A DNA stretch of 64,000 bases from an uncultured Nitrososphaerota archaeon (lineage in GTDB: Archaea > Thermoproteota > Nitrososphaeria > Nitrososphaerales > Gagatemarchaeaceae): NCBI GenBank assembly GCA_963718895.1, contig CAVRAG010000008.1, forward strand, positions 1,344,001-1,408,000. Direction: 5' to 3'. The notes below the pieces were generated by a model. It made no database searches, was not told the DNA's origin, and worked only from the letters and a program-made list of their open reading frames with translations. Position 1 is the first letter of the stretch. Every line of letters starts with the position of its first letter. Shown one piece after another: positions 27,566-36,809 of the stretch. Position numbers and translations under genes: made by a program.

Positions 27566-28535
27566 CTACCCCGCTCGCTCGAATGCGATCGCCCGCTCCA
27601 GCGATTCCCTAAGGCCGAGGGTTTCTCTGTATCCCAGCTCGTCGTAGAACCTCGCGCAATCGAAGTCGAGGCCTGATGGCCCCGCCACGTTGAGGGCGCT
27701 CTCCGTGGGTTTCTCGCGCCATTCTACCTGAAGCTTGGCGTCAGGGAGTATCTGCCGAAGAGTGGCCACGAATTCGACCGGGGTGAATGGGCGCCTCGTG
27801 CCCACATTGTACAACCTCCGCAGGACCTTGGCTTCGTCGACCCTTCCTGCGTAGGCCAGACAATCTCCGAGCTCCTCCACATAGACCCACCGCAGCGGCG
27901 CCTTCGGGTACGCAAAGTCCTGGGGGAGCGACGCAGGTTCTCCACGTGCGAGCTTGCGGATCATATCGTTGAAGACGCCGGTGAACCCCACGTATCTTCC
28001 GGGACCCCACCCCGCTGAGATCCTCAGGCAGAGCGTCTTTAGGCCGAATCTGCTGTAGTAGTGTTGCCCGAAGACCTCGTTCATGACCTTCGTTGCCGAG
28101 TAGGGGTCCGGCGGACAGCGGGGAGTGTCGTCCTCGGTCACCACGCTCTTCTGGTAGCTCTCCGGTCTCCCGATCACCGCCGAGGAGCTCGTGAAGATCG
28201 ACCCTTTCGACCTCTGCAACCCTGCAGGCTTCGAAGACGTTCGCCGTGCCCAGGCAGTTCACGCTGGCCGATTTGACCGGGTTCTCGCGCGACTCGATGA
28301 CCACGACCGCCGCGAGGTGATAGACGGTCTTGACACCGAACTCTTTGATGGTCTCCGCTATCTGATCCCTGTCGAGTATGTCGCCTTCGACGAGCCGGAT
28401 GCGGTCCTTGAAGTTCTTGATGTTCTCCATGTTCGGCTTGACATCGTAGATTATCACTTCCTCATCAGAGCGCAGGAGGCTCTGGCACAGAAAGCTCCCG
28501 ATCTGTCCGGTCCCTCCGGTAATGAGCACGGCCAA
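27566..28535 (-). pseudogene. NAD-dependent epimerase/dehydratase with a frameshift at about 28200 (possibly an artefact)
   Basis: ITGGTGQIG and YHLAA in one frame; IFTSSSAV and YSATK in the other. Confidence 0.82.
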
Positions 28536-28677
28536 AGTAGTCTGACGCTTTTTCGCGTCCTCTGCGGCATATAACTCCTCTCTCGGTTGGCCGCCCGGGA
28601 TTCCGGGTCCCCAGGATCTCGGAGCAGTACGGCTGAGTGAGGGCCCGGTTCCATCCGCTGAACGCGAAATTCGTCGG

Positions 28678-30294
28678 TCAGGTTGTTGAAGCTGTGGCGG
28701 CGAGAAGCGTGTCCCTTATCTCGGTGGGCAGCTCGGGCCGGCTCTTGTCCAACCCCGCGGCGACCTCCGTCGCCAGCGTCATCTCCCACGAAGAATCGAG
28801 ATGTTTGACCTTGTCACCGATGTCGATCGCGTTGGGATGTGTCTTTCTGTCACGGACCTCCTGGACGAACTTGTTCACGTTCAGGTTTAGCGAATATCTG
28901 GTGCTTATTGCCTGCAGCGCGTCCTTCAGTATCTCGATCGGATAGTAGCTGTCGGTTGCGCCTGCCTTCCAAACATGGACCCGATCTCTCGGGATGGACT
29001 TCTTCTCAATGAGCTGCGCCGCCTCGGCGCCGGCATCGGCGTCCACAATCAAGTAGACCGGGATAGCCGCATTCATCTGTGCGAGCCATGCGTCCAAGGG
29101 TCTTGCCGGGTTGCTCTTGCCATTGCTCTTGAAGGGTATTATCGAGACGTCTGAGAGATCGATTCCGAGTCTGCGGGCAAAGGCTTCCAGGATAATCTTG
29201 TCGGACCTCCCTCTGACGAGCAGGACGCGGTCGCTCAGCAGCACCTCACTGGGATGGGCACCAAGCTCGCGGATCACTGCTTCAACATCGTCGGCCCGCG
29301 TCACCCGCGTCTCCCCGTCGTCATAGTCTACCAGCCACGTCGTCCCGCTTTGAGCAGAGTCGACGAATATGGGAGAGTGGGTTGCGATGAAGATTTGTCT
29401 GTCGTGCGCAATCTTCACTATCTCCCTGCTGAGCCTCCGCTGAAGCCTGGGATGCTCGTGGCTCTCTGGTTCCTCGATGCCCATGATGGTGGACTGGTCC
29501 GTCTCCACCAGCGCCGTGAAGAGCAGGTTCGTCACTCCCTGTATACCTCCGCCTTCCAAGCCCAGCGGAAAACGCTTGTTCTCCTTCCTCACCAACAGCT
29601 GGGCCTGAGCCGGATCCAAACGGAATGATGTCATATCTGAGAAGGAGCTCTCGAACCGACCGTATCTCTCCTCGTCCAAAACGGAAGTGCTTTGCTGGAG
29701 CGTCCACAGGCGACTTTGCGCGTTCTCGTCCAGCGTCACGGTTCTGAACCTGTCCCCCCCTCTGGCGTCTCTGCTGGTGCCCACAAGCCTGAACTTGTTC
29801 TTGATCAACTCTGAGATGATCTTGAGGATCCTGTCCAACGCCGCTGAGTCGATCTTCAGATTGGGTGAGAGCTGCGGCACGTCGTCTTTGACCATCGTGA
29901 TAATCCCCCAGACGATGCTTTCGGTCTTCCACATCCCCTGGACATTGGTCAATGTGCGCGTTATCTTCAGTATCGTAGGCGGTGTCTTTCCAAACACAGA
30001 GTTCAGATATGCTTGATCTTCGGGCGGCAGCCCGGTCAGGTGGTCCCCCTCGACATCGAAGACGACCTCAAAGACGATTGGTTTTGTTGATCCCTTGTAC
30101 CAGAGGTACTCGTTGAGTCCAGCGGTCGTTCCCTTGACCGGCTCGAACTCTGAGAAGAATAGGTTCATGGCCTCCAGGATGTTCGACTTGCCGCTGCTGT
30201 TCTTCCCTACCAGGGTGTTGAGGTTGCCGAGCTTGTCCAGGGAGACCTGTCTGAGACTTCGATAATTGTCGACCTTGAAGGTTGAGATTTTCAA
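28678..30294 (-). CDS. OLD-family ABC ATPase with TOPRIM domain
   Basis: NYRS, GKNSSGKSN Walker A, EGGG signature, IEEPESHEHP Walker B, ATHSP; TOPRIM VLLVRGRSD and DAD. Confidence 0.87.
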   Translation of the reverse strand: MKISTFKVDNYRSLRQVSLDKLGNLNTLVGKNSSGKSNILEAMNLFFSEFEPVKGTTAGLNEYLWYKGSTKPIVFEVVFDVEGDHLTGLPPEDQAYLNSVFGKTPPTILKITRTLTNVQGMWKTESIVWGIITMVKDDVPQLSPNLKIDSAALDRILKIISELIKNKFRLVGTSRDARGGDRFRTVTLDENAQSRLWTLQQSTSVLDEERYGRFESSFSDMTSFRLDPAQAQLLVRKENKRFPLGLEGGGIQGVTNLLFTALVETDQSTIMGIEEPESHEHPRLQRRLSREIVKIAHDRQIFIATHSPIFVDSAQSGTTWLVDYDDGETRVTRADDVEAVIRELGAHPSEVLLSDRVLLVRGRSDKIILEAFARRLGIDLSDVSIIPFKSNGKSNPARPLDAWLAQMNAAIPVYLIVDADAGAEAAQLIEKKSIPRDRVHVWKAGATDSYYPIEILKDALQAISTRYSLNLNVNKFVQEVRDRKTHPNAIDIGDKVKHLDSSWEMTLATEVAAGLDKSRPELPTEIRDTLLAATASTT

Positions 30295-30320
30295 ACCTTC
30301 CTAGCGCGGCTGGAGGTTCA

Positions 30321-30328
30321 TTATATAA
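30321..30328 (-). promoter_or_regulatory. TATA box of the OLD-family gene
   Basis: TTATATAA 27-34 nt upstream of TTG 30294. Confidence 0.65.
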
Positions 30329-30451
30329 CACTGTTCCGTAGTTTAGCTACATTTGGGCGATGATAATGAAATATCTTCGCTTTTTCTCATTCGGTCCAGA
30401 CAGCCCTCGTCGGGCTCAACCGGGAGCCTCGAGGCCGTTCGATGTGAAATC

Positions 30452-31030
30452 CTAGGGAAGGCCCCTTGGCGTGACCCAGAGCCTTATGGTCCCGATGTTG
30501 GTCTCCTGTTTGATCACCGTATACCCGTATCCCCTGACGATAGCTATGAGGAACTCCCGCGCACACTCGGTGGACTCAATCCTCCTGCCGGCGCCCACGA
30601 CGTCAATCTCGAGGGTTCCCTTCCCCTGTTCCTTGATTGCGAGTTGCTTGATCGGCAGGAGTCCCCTGAAGTCCTTCTCGACCGACGTGAGATCGGAGAG
30701 CTCCGGCGCGAAGATCTTCAGCACGCTCACGAACCTGCTCCCGATGTCGCTGAATCTCTTCAGCGTCGCCTCTTTGTGGGAGGCATAGAGCTCGGCGGTG
30801 ACGTCGTCAACGAAGTCTGCCGGCAGCGTGATTACGTCGAACTGCTTCAGCAGGGTCACCGACCGCCACATGCTGTACAGGTCCGATGGGCGGCCGCCCT
30901 CCTCGGCGACCTTCGTGATGACGGAGAGTGACTCATTGGCGAAGGCGAAGAGCGTCTTGTTCTGCCTTGCAGCTTCGGCTGAAAACGCGTCGAAGACGTT
31001 CTGATCGACCGAGATGTTCGTCCTGGCCAT
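30452..31030 (-). CDS. Archaeal hypothetical; ribbon-helix-helix-like N-terminus and possible V4R-like C-terminus
   Basis: RTNISVD beta strand plus two helices; ATAAATA box upstream. Confidence 0.75.
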   Translation of the reverse strand: MARTNISVDQNVFDAFSAEAARQNKTLFAFANESLSVITKVAEEGGRPSDLYSMWRSVTLLKQFDVITLPADFVDDVTAELYASHKEATLKRFSDIGSRFVSVLKIFAPELSDLTSVEKDFRGLLPIKQLAIKEQGKGTLEIDVVGAGRRIESTECAREFLIAIVRGYGYTVIKQETNIGTIRLWVTPRGLP

Positions 31031-31159
31031 TCTGTATTTTTTGGCGTAATCGCCTCTATTTATCCGCGTTTCGAAGCAATTGGAACATTCGCACCGTCGC
31101 AGCCATCACCGATGGTTCACCTATGACTCACAGATGTTGCCGGATGCGTTGTGCTCGTC

Positions 31160-31609
31160 TCACTCGAGGCTAAGGTAGAGGAACACAGCGTACGCGCACA
31201 CTGTGAAGACGTCTGCAGACGGGCTTGAGAGGCCAGGTTCGAGGGAGACGGGCCCATAGTAACCGATGACCACCGGGTAGGAGAGCAGCGCCTCCACGAG
31301 CAACGCGAAGAGCATGACGACGAGCCCGAGGGAGAAGCTGGCCCGGGTCTGCGCGTACATCCGGACGTAGATCGTCACGAGCGCGAGCAGCAGGGCGACC
31401 TCGACAGTGGTCAGCACCACGTGGGACTGCAAGACCGGATCTGTCCGGAAGTGTGGGAAGTATCCAAAGCCCCCCCAAGGCGGTCCGTACTCCTCGGAGC
31501 CCGTGCTCAGGTATGAGATGGACTCTCCGATTGCCAGACCTGCGATGATCACCACCGGGACCCAGAGCTTCTGCGTGTACGAGTGCTTCTTGGGTGGCTC
31601 GCTCGTCAT
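31160..31609 (-). CDS. Four-TM membrane protein
   Basis: Hydrophobic helices; Y...Y......FSLGL pattern. Confidence 0.8.
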   Translation of the reverse strand: MTSEPPKKHSYTQKLWVPVVIIAGLAIGESISYLSTGSEEYGPPWGGFGYFPHFRTDPVLQSHVVLTTVEVALLLALVTIYVRMYAQTRASFSLGLVVMLFALLVEALLSYPVVIGYYGPVSLEPGLSSPSADVFTVCAYAVFLYLSLE

Positions 31610-31701
31610 TTCCCGGCCCTGCCCATGTGGCTCAGGTTCCTCTTATTGATAATCTCCAGCGGCGTGCGGTTGGTCGACAACAATCGCTTATCCCGGATAG
31701 C

Positions 31702-32940
31702 CTAGGGGGCGGGCCTCGTCCCGAGGGTCAGGGACATCGTCGTGAGGTGACCTGAACTGATCACTCCGACCTGGATGGTCTGGCCGGCTGAAGTGTTCTG
31801 CTCAAGGTAGGTGGACAGGGCATCCTCGTTCACGACCTTCGCGCCGTTGATCGATACTATGATGTCGCCTCCGACCAGGTACTGACTCCCGTCCACCGTA
31901 ACCGGCTTGGTGCCCGCCACGAGTCCAGCCTTGGACGCAGGACCTCCGGCAATCACGCTCTCTATCAGTACGCCATAGGTCACGTTTGTGTTCGACGCCA
32001 GGGCGAGCTGGTAGTTCATGTCAGCGCCTGTTATCCCCAGGTATGGGTGCGCGCTGTACGTGCCAGTGCTGATCAGGGAAGGAAGCTCCCGGAGAATCGT
32101 GCTCGATGGTATCGCGAACCCCAGACCCTGGGACCCGTTCACGACGGCTGTGGTAATGCCGATGATGCTCCCGCTGCTATCCAGGAGTGGACCTCCGGAG
32201 TTCCCGGGGTTTATCGGAGCGCTGAACTGTATCACACCAGAGATCGAGAAGTTGCCGGTCGTCGCCTCCTGGATTGTCCTCCCCAGCTGGCTGACGATGC
32301 CGAAGGTCATCGAGTTTGCGAGTCCGTACGGATTCCCTATGACCACCACCGGCTCGCCGACGACGACACCCGAAGACGGGATGATCTGCAGCGGCGTGTA
32401 CTCGCTCGCCGGGGCGGTCGAGACGCTCACGACGGCGAGGTCGCTGTACGGGTCGGTGCCCACGACCTTGAGCGGATAGGCGTTGCCGTCGGAGAACGTC
32501 ACGGTCATGTTGGTGAACCCGTTCACGACGTGGTAGTTCGTCACGATGTAGAAGCTGCCGGAATATGAGACGACGAAACCCGACCCGAGGACCGTCTCGA
32601 CCGAGGACTGCGGACCGAAGTATGTGTTAGTGGTCACGATGGCGCTCCCTTGGATTGTGACGATGCTTCTGTTGTCCGCGGCGTAGATCTGCTCGGGATT
32701 GATCCCCGAGATAGACGCGTTCCCCGTCGTGGTTCCCAGCGATGCTAACTGCGACGCGAGCGCGCTGTTAGTGCTCTGTAGGCTCGCGATGGAACTCTGG
32801 AGGGAGGTGATCGTCGAGCCGCTCGCGCCCGGCGTCCGTCCGAGTCCGCTGAGGTAGACGAGTCCTGAGCCTAGGACGAGAATCAAGACGACCCCTGCAA
32901 TCAGCTTCATGCGGCCGTGGCCTTCTTTCTCGGTGAGCAT
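31702..32940 (-). CDS. Membrane-anchored HtrA-like serine protease with PDZ domain
   Basis: N-terminal TM and coiled coil; GSGF, TNYHV, DLAV, INPGNSGGPL, PDZ. Confidence 0.92.
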   Translation of the reverse strand: MLTEKEGHGRMKLIAGVVLILVLGSGLVYLSGLGRTPGASGSTITSLQSSIASLQSTNSALASQLASLGTTTGNASISGINPEQIYAADNRSIVTIQGSAIVTTNTYFGPQSSVETVLGSGFVVSYSGSFYIVTNYHVVNGFTNMTVTFSDGNAYPLKVVGTDPYSDLAVVSVSTAPASEYTPLQIIPSSGVVVGEPVVVIGNPYGLANSMTFGIVSQLGRTIQEATTGNFSISGVIQFSAPINPGNSGGPLLDSSGSIIGITTAVVNGSQGLGFAIPSSTILRELPSLISTGTYSAHPYLGITGADMNYQLALASNTNVTYGVLIESVIAGGPASKAGLVAGTKPVTVDGSQYLVGGDIIVSINGAKVVNEDALSTYLEQNTSAGQTIQVGVISSGHLTTMSLTLGTRPAP

Positions 32941-33116
32941 TTCCAGCCGAATTCCGGCATCAGTTCCTATTTAGCGGATTTCCGGAATCCTTCCCTAATC
33001 GTTAGAGAATCTCCTCCAGAACAAGCTGATGCGCGTCCTCGACACTCCCGAAACGGGCTCCTGAGACATCCGCCCGTGGGGGCGCAAGGACCTCGCCGTG
33101 GTTGACGAAGCGGTTC

Positions 33117-33572
33117 CTATTTCCCGGTCTTGCCCAGGACCTTGTCCACCAGGGACTTCTTGTATCCGTGCTGCAGCAAACCCGCCTCCATCGTCCTCCT
33201 GTAGAGCTCAGGTGGGGGGCGCTCCTTGGTCGTCGAGTTCCACGTGAAGGCCTTGGCGCGGGAGATTTCGTTTCCGTCCTCCAGTTCTACCCTTATCTCC
33301 ACGGGCTGGACACGCTCGCGCTTCTGGAGTCTCAAGAACTGTTCCTCCGTGAGGAGATAGACCACGCCGTACACGGTGTCCTCAAACTTGCCCGTCTCCA
33401 GGAGGTTGGCTGTGTTCCCCTGCCATTCTGCGGAGAAGACGTTGAACGCCAGCCGATAGTTTCTCGCGAGAGCCCTCTTCGAGAGGTGCCATTCTCCTAC
33501 CCGGCTGTTCATCTGGTCGGGGTTCAGGTTCGAACCGTAGGCGAAGTACCAGACTCTGTTCGAGAGGGACAA
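33117..33572 (-). CDS. Gamma-glutamylcyclotransferase family protein
   Basis: YFAYGSNL, VYGVVY, PP..Y. Confidence 0.87.
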   Translation of the reverse strand: MSLSNRVWYFAYGSNLNPDQMNSRVGEWHLSKRALARNYRLAFNVFSAEWQGNTANLLETGKFEDTVYGVVYLLTEEQFLRLQKRERVQPVEIRVELEDGNEISRAKAFTWNSTTKERPPPELYRRTMEAGLLQHGYKKSLVDKVLGKTGK

Positions 33573-33716
33573 TCCGGAGCAAGCCGTCGCGTTCTCAGGC
33601 TTTAAGGTGATGGCCTCTCTCCGCCAGAACCCCGGTGCAGAACCTCGGACAGCGGATAAAAATCGGTGGCGACTGGCAGTGCAGATTATCTACCCCTTGC
33701 GGGTCAGTCACCTCGA

Positions 33717-34205
33717 TTGATTGAGATAAAGAAGCTCCCGGCCAGCAGGTGGAAGGACTACAGAGACCTGAGACTGGAGGCTCTCAGGAGCGATCCGCCG
33801 GCTTTCGGAAGCTCCTATGATGAAGAAGAGCTCCTCGCCGAAGTCGAATGGAAGAGGCGAATGGAGAACGTCCTGTTCGCCCTATCGGAAGGCAAGCCCG
33901 TAGGAATGAACGTCTACGTCTTCGGTGAACGGTTGAGGACGAGACATGTCGCAAACATCTACGGGGTCTACGTCACCGCGGGTCATCGGGGCGAAGGCGT
34001 TGGCACAAGGCTGCTGGAGCGCGCTCTGCGGTTGATTCAGAAGAACAAGGAGATTGTCAAGGTCAAGCTTGCCGTGAATCCCGAACAGCTCGCGGCCGTG
34101 AAGATGTACGGGAGGGCGGGCTTCGTGATTGCGGGTAGGATGAGAAAGGAGGTGAAGATCGGCCGCCGTTACTACGACGCACTGGTCATGGAGAAACTAT
34201 CGTGA
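33717..34205 (+). CDS. GNAT N-acetyltransferase
   Basis: LRLEAL..DP.AF, GVYV...RGEGVG, V...Q.AA..MY...GF. Confidence 0.88.
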   Translation: MIEIKKLPASRWKDYRDLRLEALRSDPPAFGSSYDEEELLAEVEWKRRMENVLFALSEGKPVGMNVYVFGERLRTRHVANIYGVYVTAGHRGEGVGTRLLERALRLIQKNKEIVKVKLAVNPEQLAAVKMYGRAGFVIAGRMRKEVKIGRRYYDALVMEKLS

Positions 34206-34225
34206 GACCGTCCCGGCTGGGGATC

Positions 34226-34753
34226 TCATCCCGGAGTCGGGTAGTGCCTGAAACTGGCCACGTACTTGTCGATAATCGCCCGCGCCGAGTCGCTGAGTTG
34301 GATGTTCATCCCTCTGTTCCAGTACTCCACGTACCTCACCTCGTGGTTGTCCGGCGTGGGTGCGCCTTCAGCCTCGATCAGGAAGACCTTGTGCAGGTTC
34401 CTTACCCTCCTGCCGTCCTTGGGATCGTCGTAGGAGAACAGGTAGTCGCACGACTTGGCCGTGAGCCCTATCTCTTCCTTCAATTCGCGCACTGCGGCGT
34501 CTCTCCTGCTCTCGCCCTTGAGCGCGCCTCCGCCAGGCAGCAGGAATCTCATCCGCTTGCCCGCAACGACCAGAATTCCTCTGGGGGTGTCGACTATGGC
34601 CGTTCCCCTCCTCCTGACTATTCTCCGCTTCCGCTTGAGCTCATAGGGCGTTCCGCAGTTGGGACAGGTTATCACCCGGGATGCGCCCGAAAGCTGTTCT
34701 GCGCCGAACGGACGGCCGCAAGCATTGCACTTCACGGACTTGAGCGCTATCAT
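34226..34753 (-). CDS. NUDIX hydrolase with N-terminal zinc ribbon
   Basis: CNAC...CPNC; Nudix box GGGALKGESRRDAAVRELKEEIG. Confidence 0.87.
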   Translation of the reverse strand: MIALKSVKCNACGRPFGAEQLSGASRVITCPNCGTPYELKRKRRIVRRRGTAIVDTPRGILVVAGKRMRFLLPGGGALKGESRRDAAVRELKEEIGLTAKSCDYLFSYDDPKDGRRVRNLHKVFLIEAEGAPTPDNHEVRYVEYWNRGMNIQLSDSARAIIDKYVASFRHYPTPG

Positions 34754-34943
34754 CCCAGCAGACCATTGGGAACGTGAAGTCAACTGGATTTAATCGTTCC
34801 GAGGCTCCGGAAGCGGGACGACGGTTCATCGGCATGTCTTCCGGGTCCAGGAACAACCAGATTCTCGTGACAGCTTAACGCCTTTTGGAGGAACCTAGTG
34901 GTCGAGGACACCGATTGAAATAGAGTGAAGCTCAGGGGGGTTC

Positions 34944-35450
34944 ATGGTGCCGCCCATCGTTAGCACAAGGAGTGCCGTCCCTGACGATTCTGGCTCGATT
35001 GCGACCATCTACAACCAGGGAATGCAAGACCGAACCGCCACCTTCGAGACAAGGCCAAGAGGGGCCTCCGAGATAGCGCGCTGGTTCGATGGCCGCCACC
35101 CTATCGTGGTCGCAGAGGCCGGGGGCGAGATCGTCGGCTTCGCGTCAACCCACACCTACAGGGACAGGGATTGCTACGCTGGCATCGCTGAGTTCTCGGT
35201 CTACGTCGAGCGGAGCGGAAGGGGAATGGGAACCGGGGCACTCCTGATGCGCGAACTGATATCCGAGAGCAGGAAGGCGGGCTTCTGGAAACTGGTCTCA
35301 AGGGTCTTCGTTGACAATGCGGCCAGCAGGGCTCTGCTCGGTTCCCTCGGTTTCCGCGAGGTCGGCGTCTACGAGAAGCATGGTCGTCTCGACGGTGTCT
35401 GGCGGGACGTGGTAATCGTCGAGTTACTCATTTCAGAGAATGTTGAATGA
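34944..35450 (+). CDS. Phosphinothricin/arsinothricin-type N-acetyltransferase (ArsN1/YncA-like GNAT)
   Basis: IYNQG..DR.ATFET, YR.R.CY.GIAEFSVYV, GFWKLVSRVF, KHG.LDG.WRDV. Confidence 0.85.
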   Translation: MVPPIVSTRSAVPDDSGSIATIYNQGMQDRTATFETRPRGASEIARWFDGRHPIVVAEAGGEIVGFASTHTYRDRDCYAGIAEFSVYVERSGRGMGTGALLMRELISESRKAGFWKLVSRVFVDNAASRALLGSLGFREVGVYEKHGRLDGVWRDVVIVELLISENVE

Positions 35451-35585
35451 TGGGGCATCTTCCACGGCGGGGTTGGGCTGCAGGCTACACTGGCCGTTAA
35501 GGGGAGCCTCGCAGGGTGGACGATTCGCCCCACATCAACTGTGGCAGCGGATCACTGGCCTGTCTCTATCTCCAATCTTCCTCGT

Positions 35586-36719
35586 CTAGGCCAGAATGCT
35601 CGTCAATCTCGCGGCGATGACCTCTTCTTCGCCGTCCCTCAGGCACTGCGGATTGATGTAGAGGTTCTCCCCGATGTGGTAGGCGACAATCTGTGGCTCT
35701 CCCGCCCGCAATTCCTGGACTATCTCCGAGGCCGTCTTGGGCCTTCCGCGCGTCTGTATCTCGACCCTCGGGGTTGTCGCTGGGCGGGGCTGTCGGCTGT
35801 CGAACTCCGGCACCAGCCTCCTTGCGGGATAGCTAGTGGCCGACACCGCCGAGAGGAGAAGATCGACCTTCCGTTCCCATCCTGCCATCCGCTGTCGGTG
35901 GTCCGTCACCTGAAGGTACCTCCTCAGGGCGACGGCGAACGCCAGAATGTCCTCCTTGGACGTCTTCATGGGCCTCCCGAGGTAGGTCTTGGTCCGAGGA
36001 CCGGCCATCTCATAGCTGTGGGGGCCAAGCCGCCTGGAGGTCCTGACAATGTCCCTCCTACCCAGTATCACACCGGTGTCGTTCGGCGCCCCGATGTCCT
36101 TCCCGCCTGAGAAGATAACGACGTCCGCCCCCATCTGCAAGTACTTCCGCAAGTTGTCAGGGGGAGGGAGCTCGGCGGCGGCGTCCACGATCACCGGAAT
36201 CTGGTACTCCCTGGCCACCCGGATGACGTCCCCGAGCGGGAGGACCCCGGGCTGGGGGTCATAGGCGAAGTAGACGACCGCGCAGGTCGCGTCCGCCATC
36301 GCACCCCTCAGATCCTCAGCGCTGCAGCCTTCGGCGGTGCCTATCTCGACGAGGCTTGCTCCTGCTATCTCGAGTGCATTGTCATACTGGTTGCGGTGCT
36401 GCTTCTGGATGACTATCTGGTTCCGCATGCCAGCCGTCCTGGGGAGCCTAGACATCGCGTCCGTGTCGCCCCTCGTGATGCATGCCCCCGCTGCCAGCGC
36501 GAGCCCTGCAGCTCCTCCGCAGGTGACGTAGGCGTCTTCGGCTCCGGTCAATCCAGCGACGAAGGCCCCCACCCTCTCATGGAGATTCGGCATGTCCAGA
36601 TAGACCTTGGAGGCCTCCCTGATGGCGTCCAGGACCTCATCGTCGAGTACGGAACCCCCGAGAACGGTGAGGGAACCTGTGGCGTTGATGACACCCTTGA
36701 TTCCTAGCTCCTCGAGCAT
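35586..36719 (-). CDS. SelA-like / DgaE-like PLP-dependent enzyme
   Basis: VINATGSLTVLGGS, VDAAAE, FSGGK (PLP Lys), RPMK.SKE. Confidence 0.85.
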   Translation of the reverse strand: MLEELGIKGVINATGSLTVLGGSVLDDEVLDAIREASKVYLDMPNLHERVGAFVAGLTGAEDAYVTCGGAAGLALAAGACITRGDTDAMSRLPRTAGMRNQIVIQKQHRNQYDNALEIAGASLVEIGTAEGCSAEDLRGAMADATCAVVYFAYDPQPGVLPLGDVIRVAREYQIPVIVDAAAELPPPDNLRKYLQMGADVVIFSGGKDIGAPNDTGVILGRRDIVRTSRRLGPHSYEMAGPRTKTYLGRPMKTSKEDILAFAVALRRYLQVTDHRQRMAGWERKVDLLLSAVSATSYPARRLVPEFDSRQPRPATTPRVEIQTRGRPKTASEIVQELRAGEPQIVAYHIGENLYINPQCLRDGEEEVIAARLTSILA

Positions 36720-36809
36720 CGTGTGAGACGCGGCGCTGCGGATATTAAGTGGTTGTACTGATAATCGTTCGCCAAAGACCCCGACGATGCTCTTGTCGAG
36801 GGTAGGGGT

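Noticed and set aside
35586-36719. Selenocysteine synthesis or UGA recoding
   Set aside because: Protein is the short SelA-like/DgaE type; no selB, selD, tRNA-Sec or convincing in-frame UGA in a conserved gene
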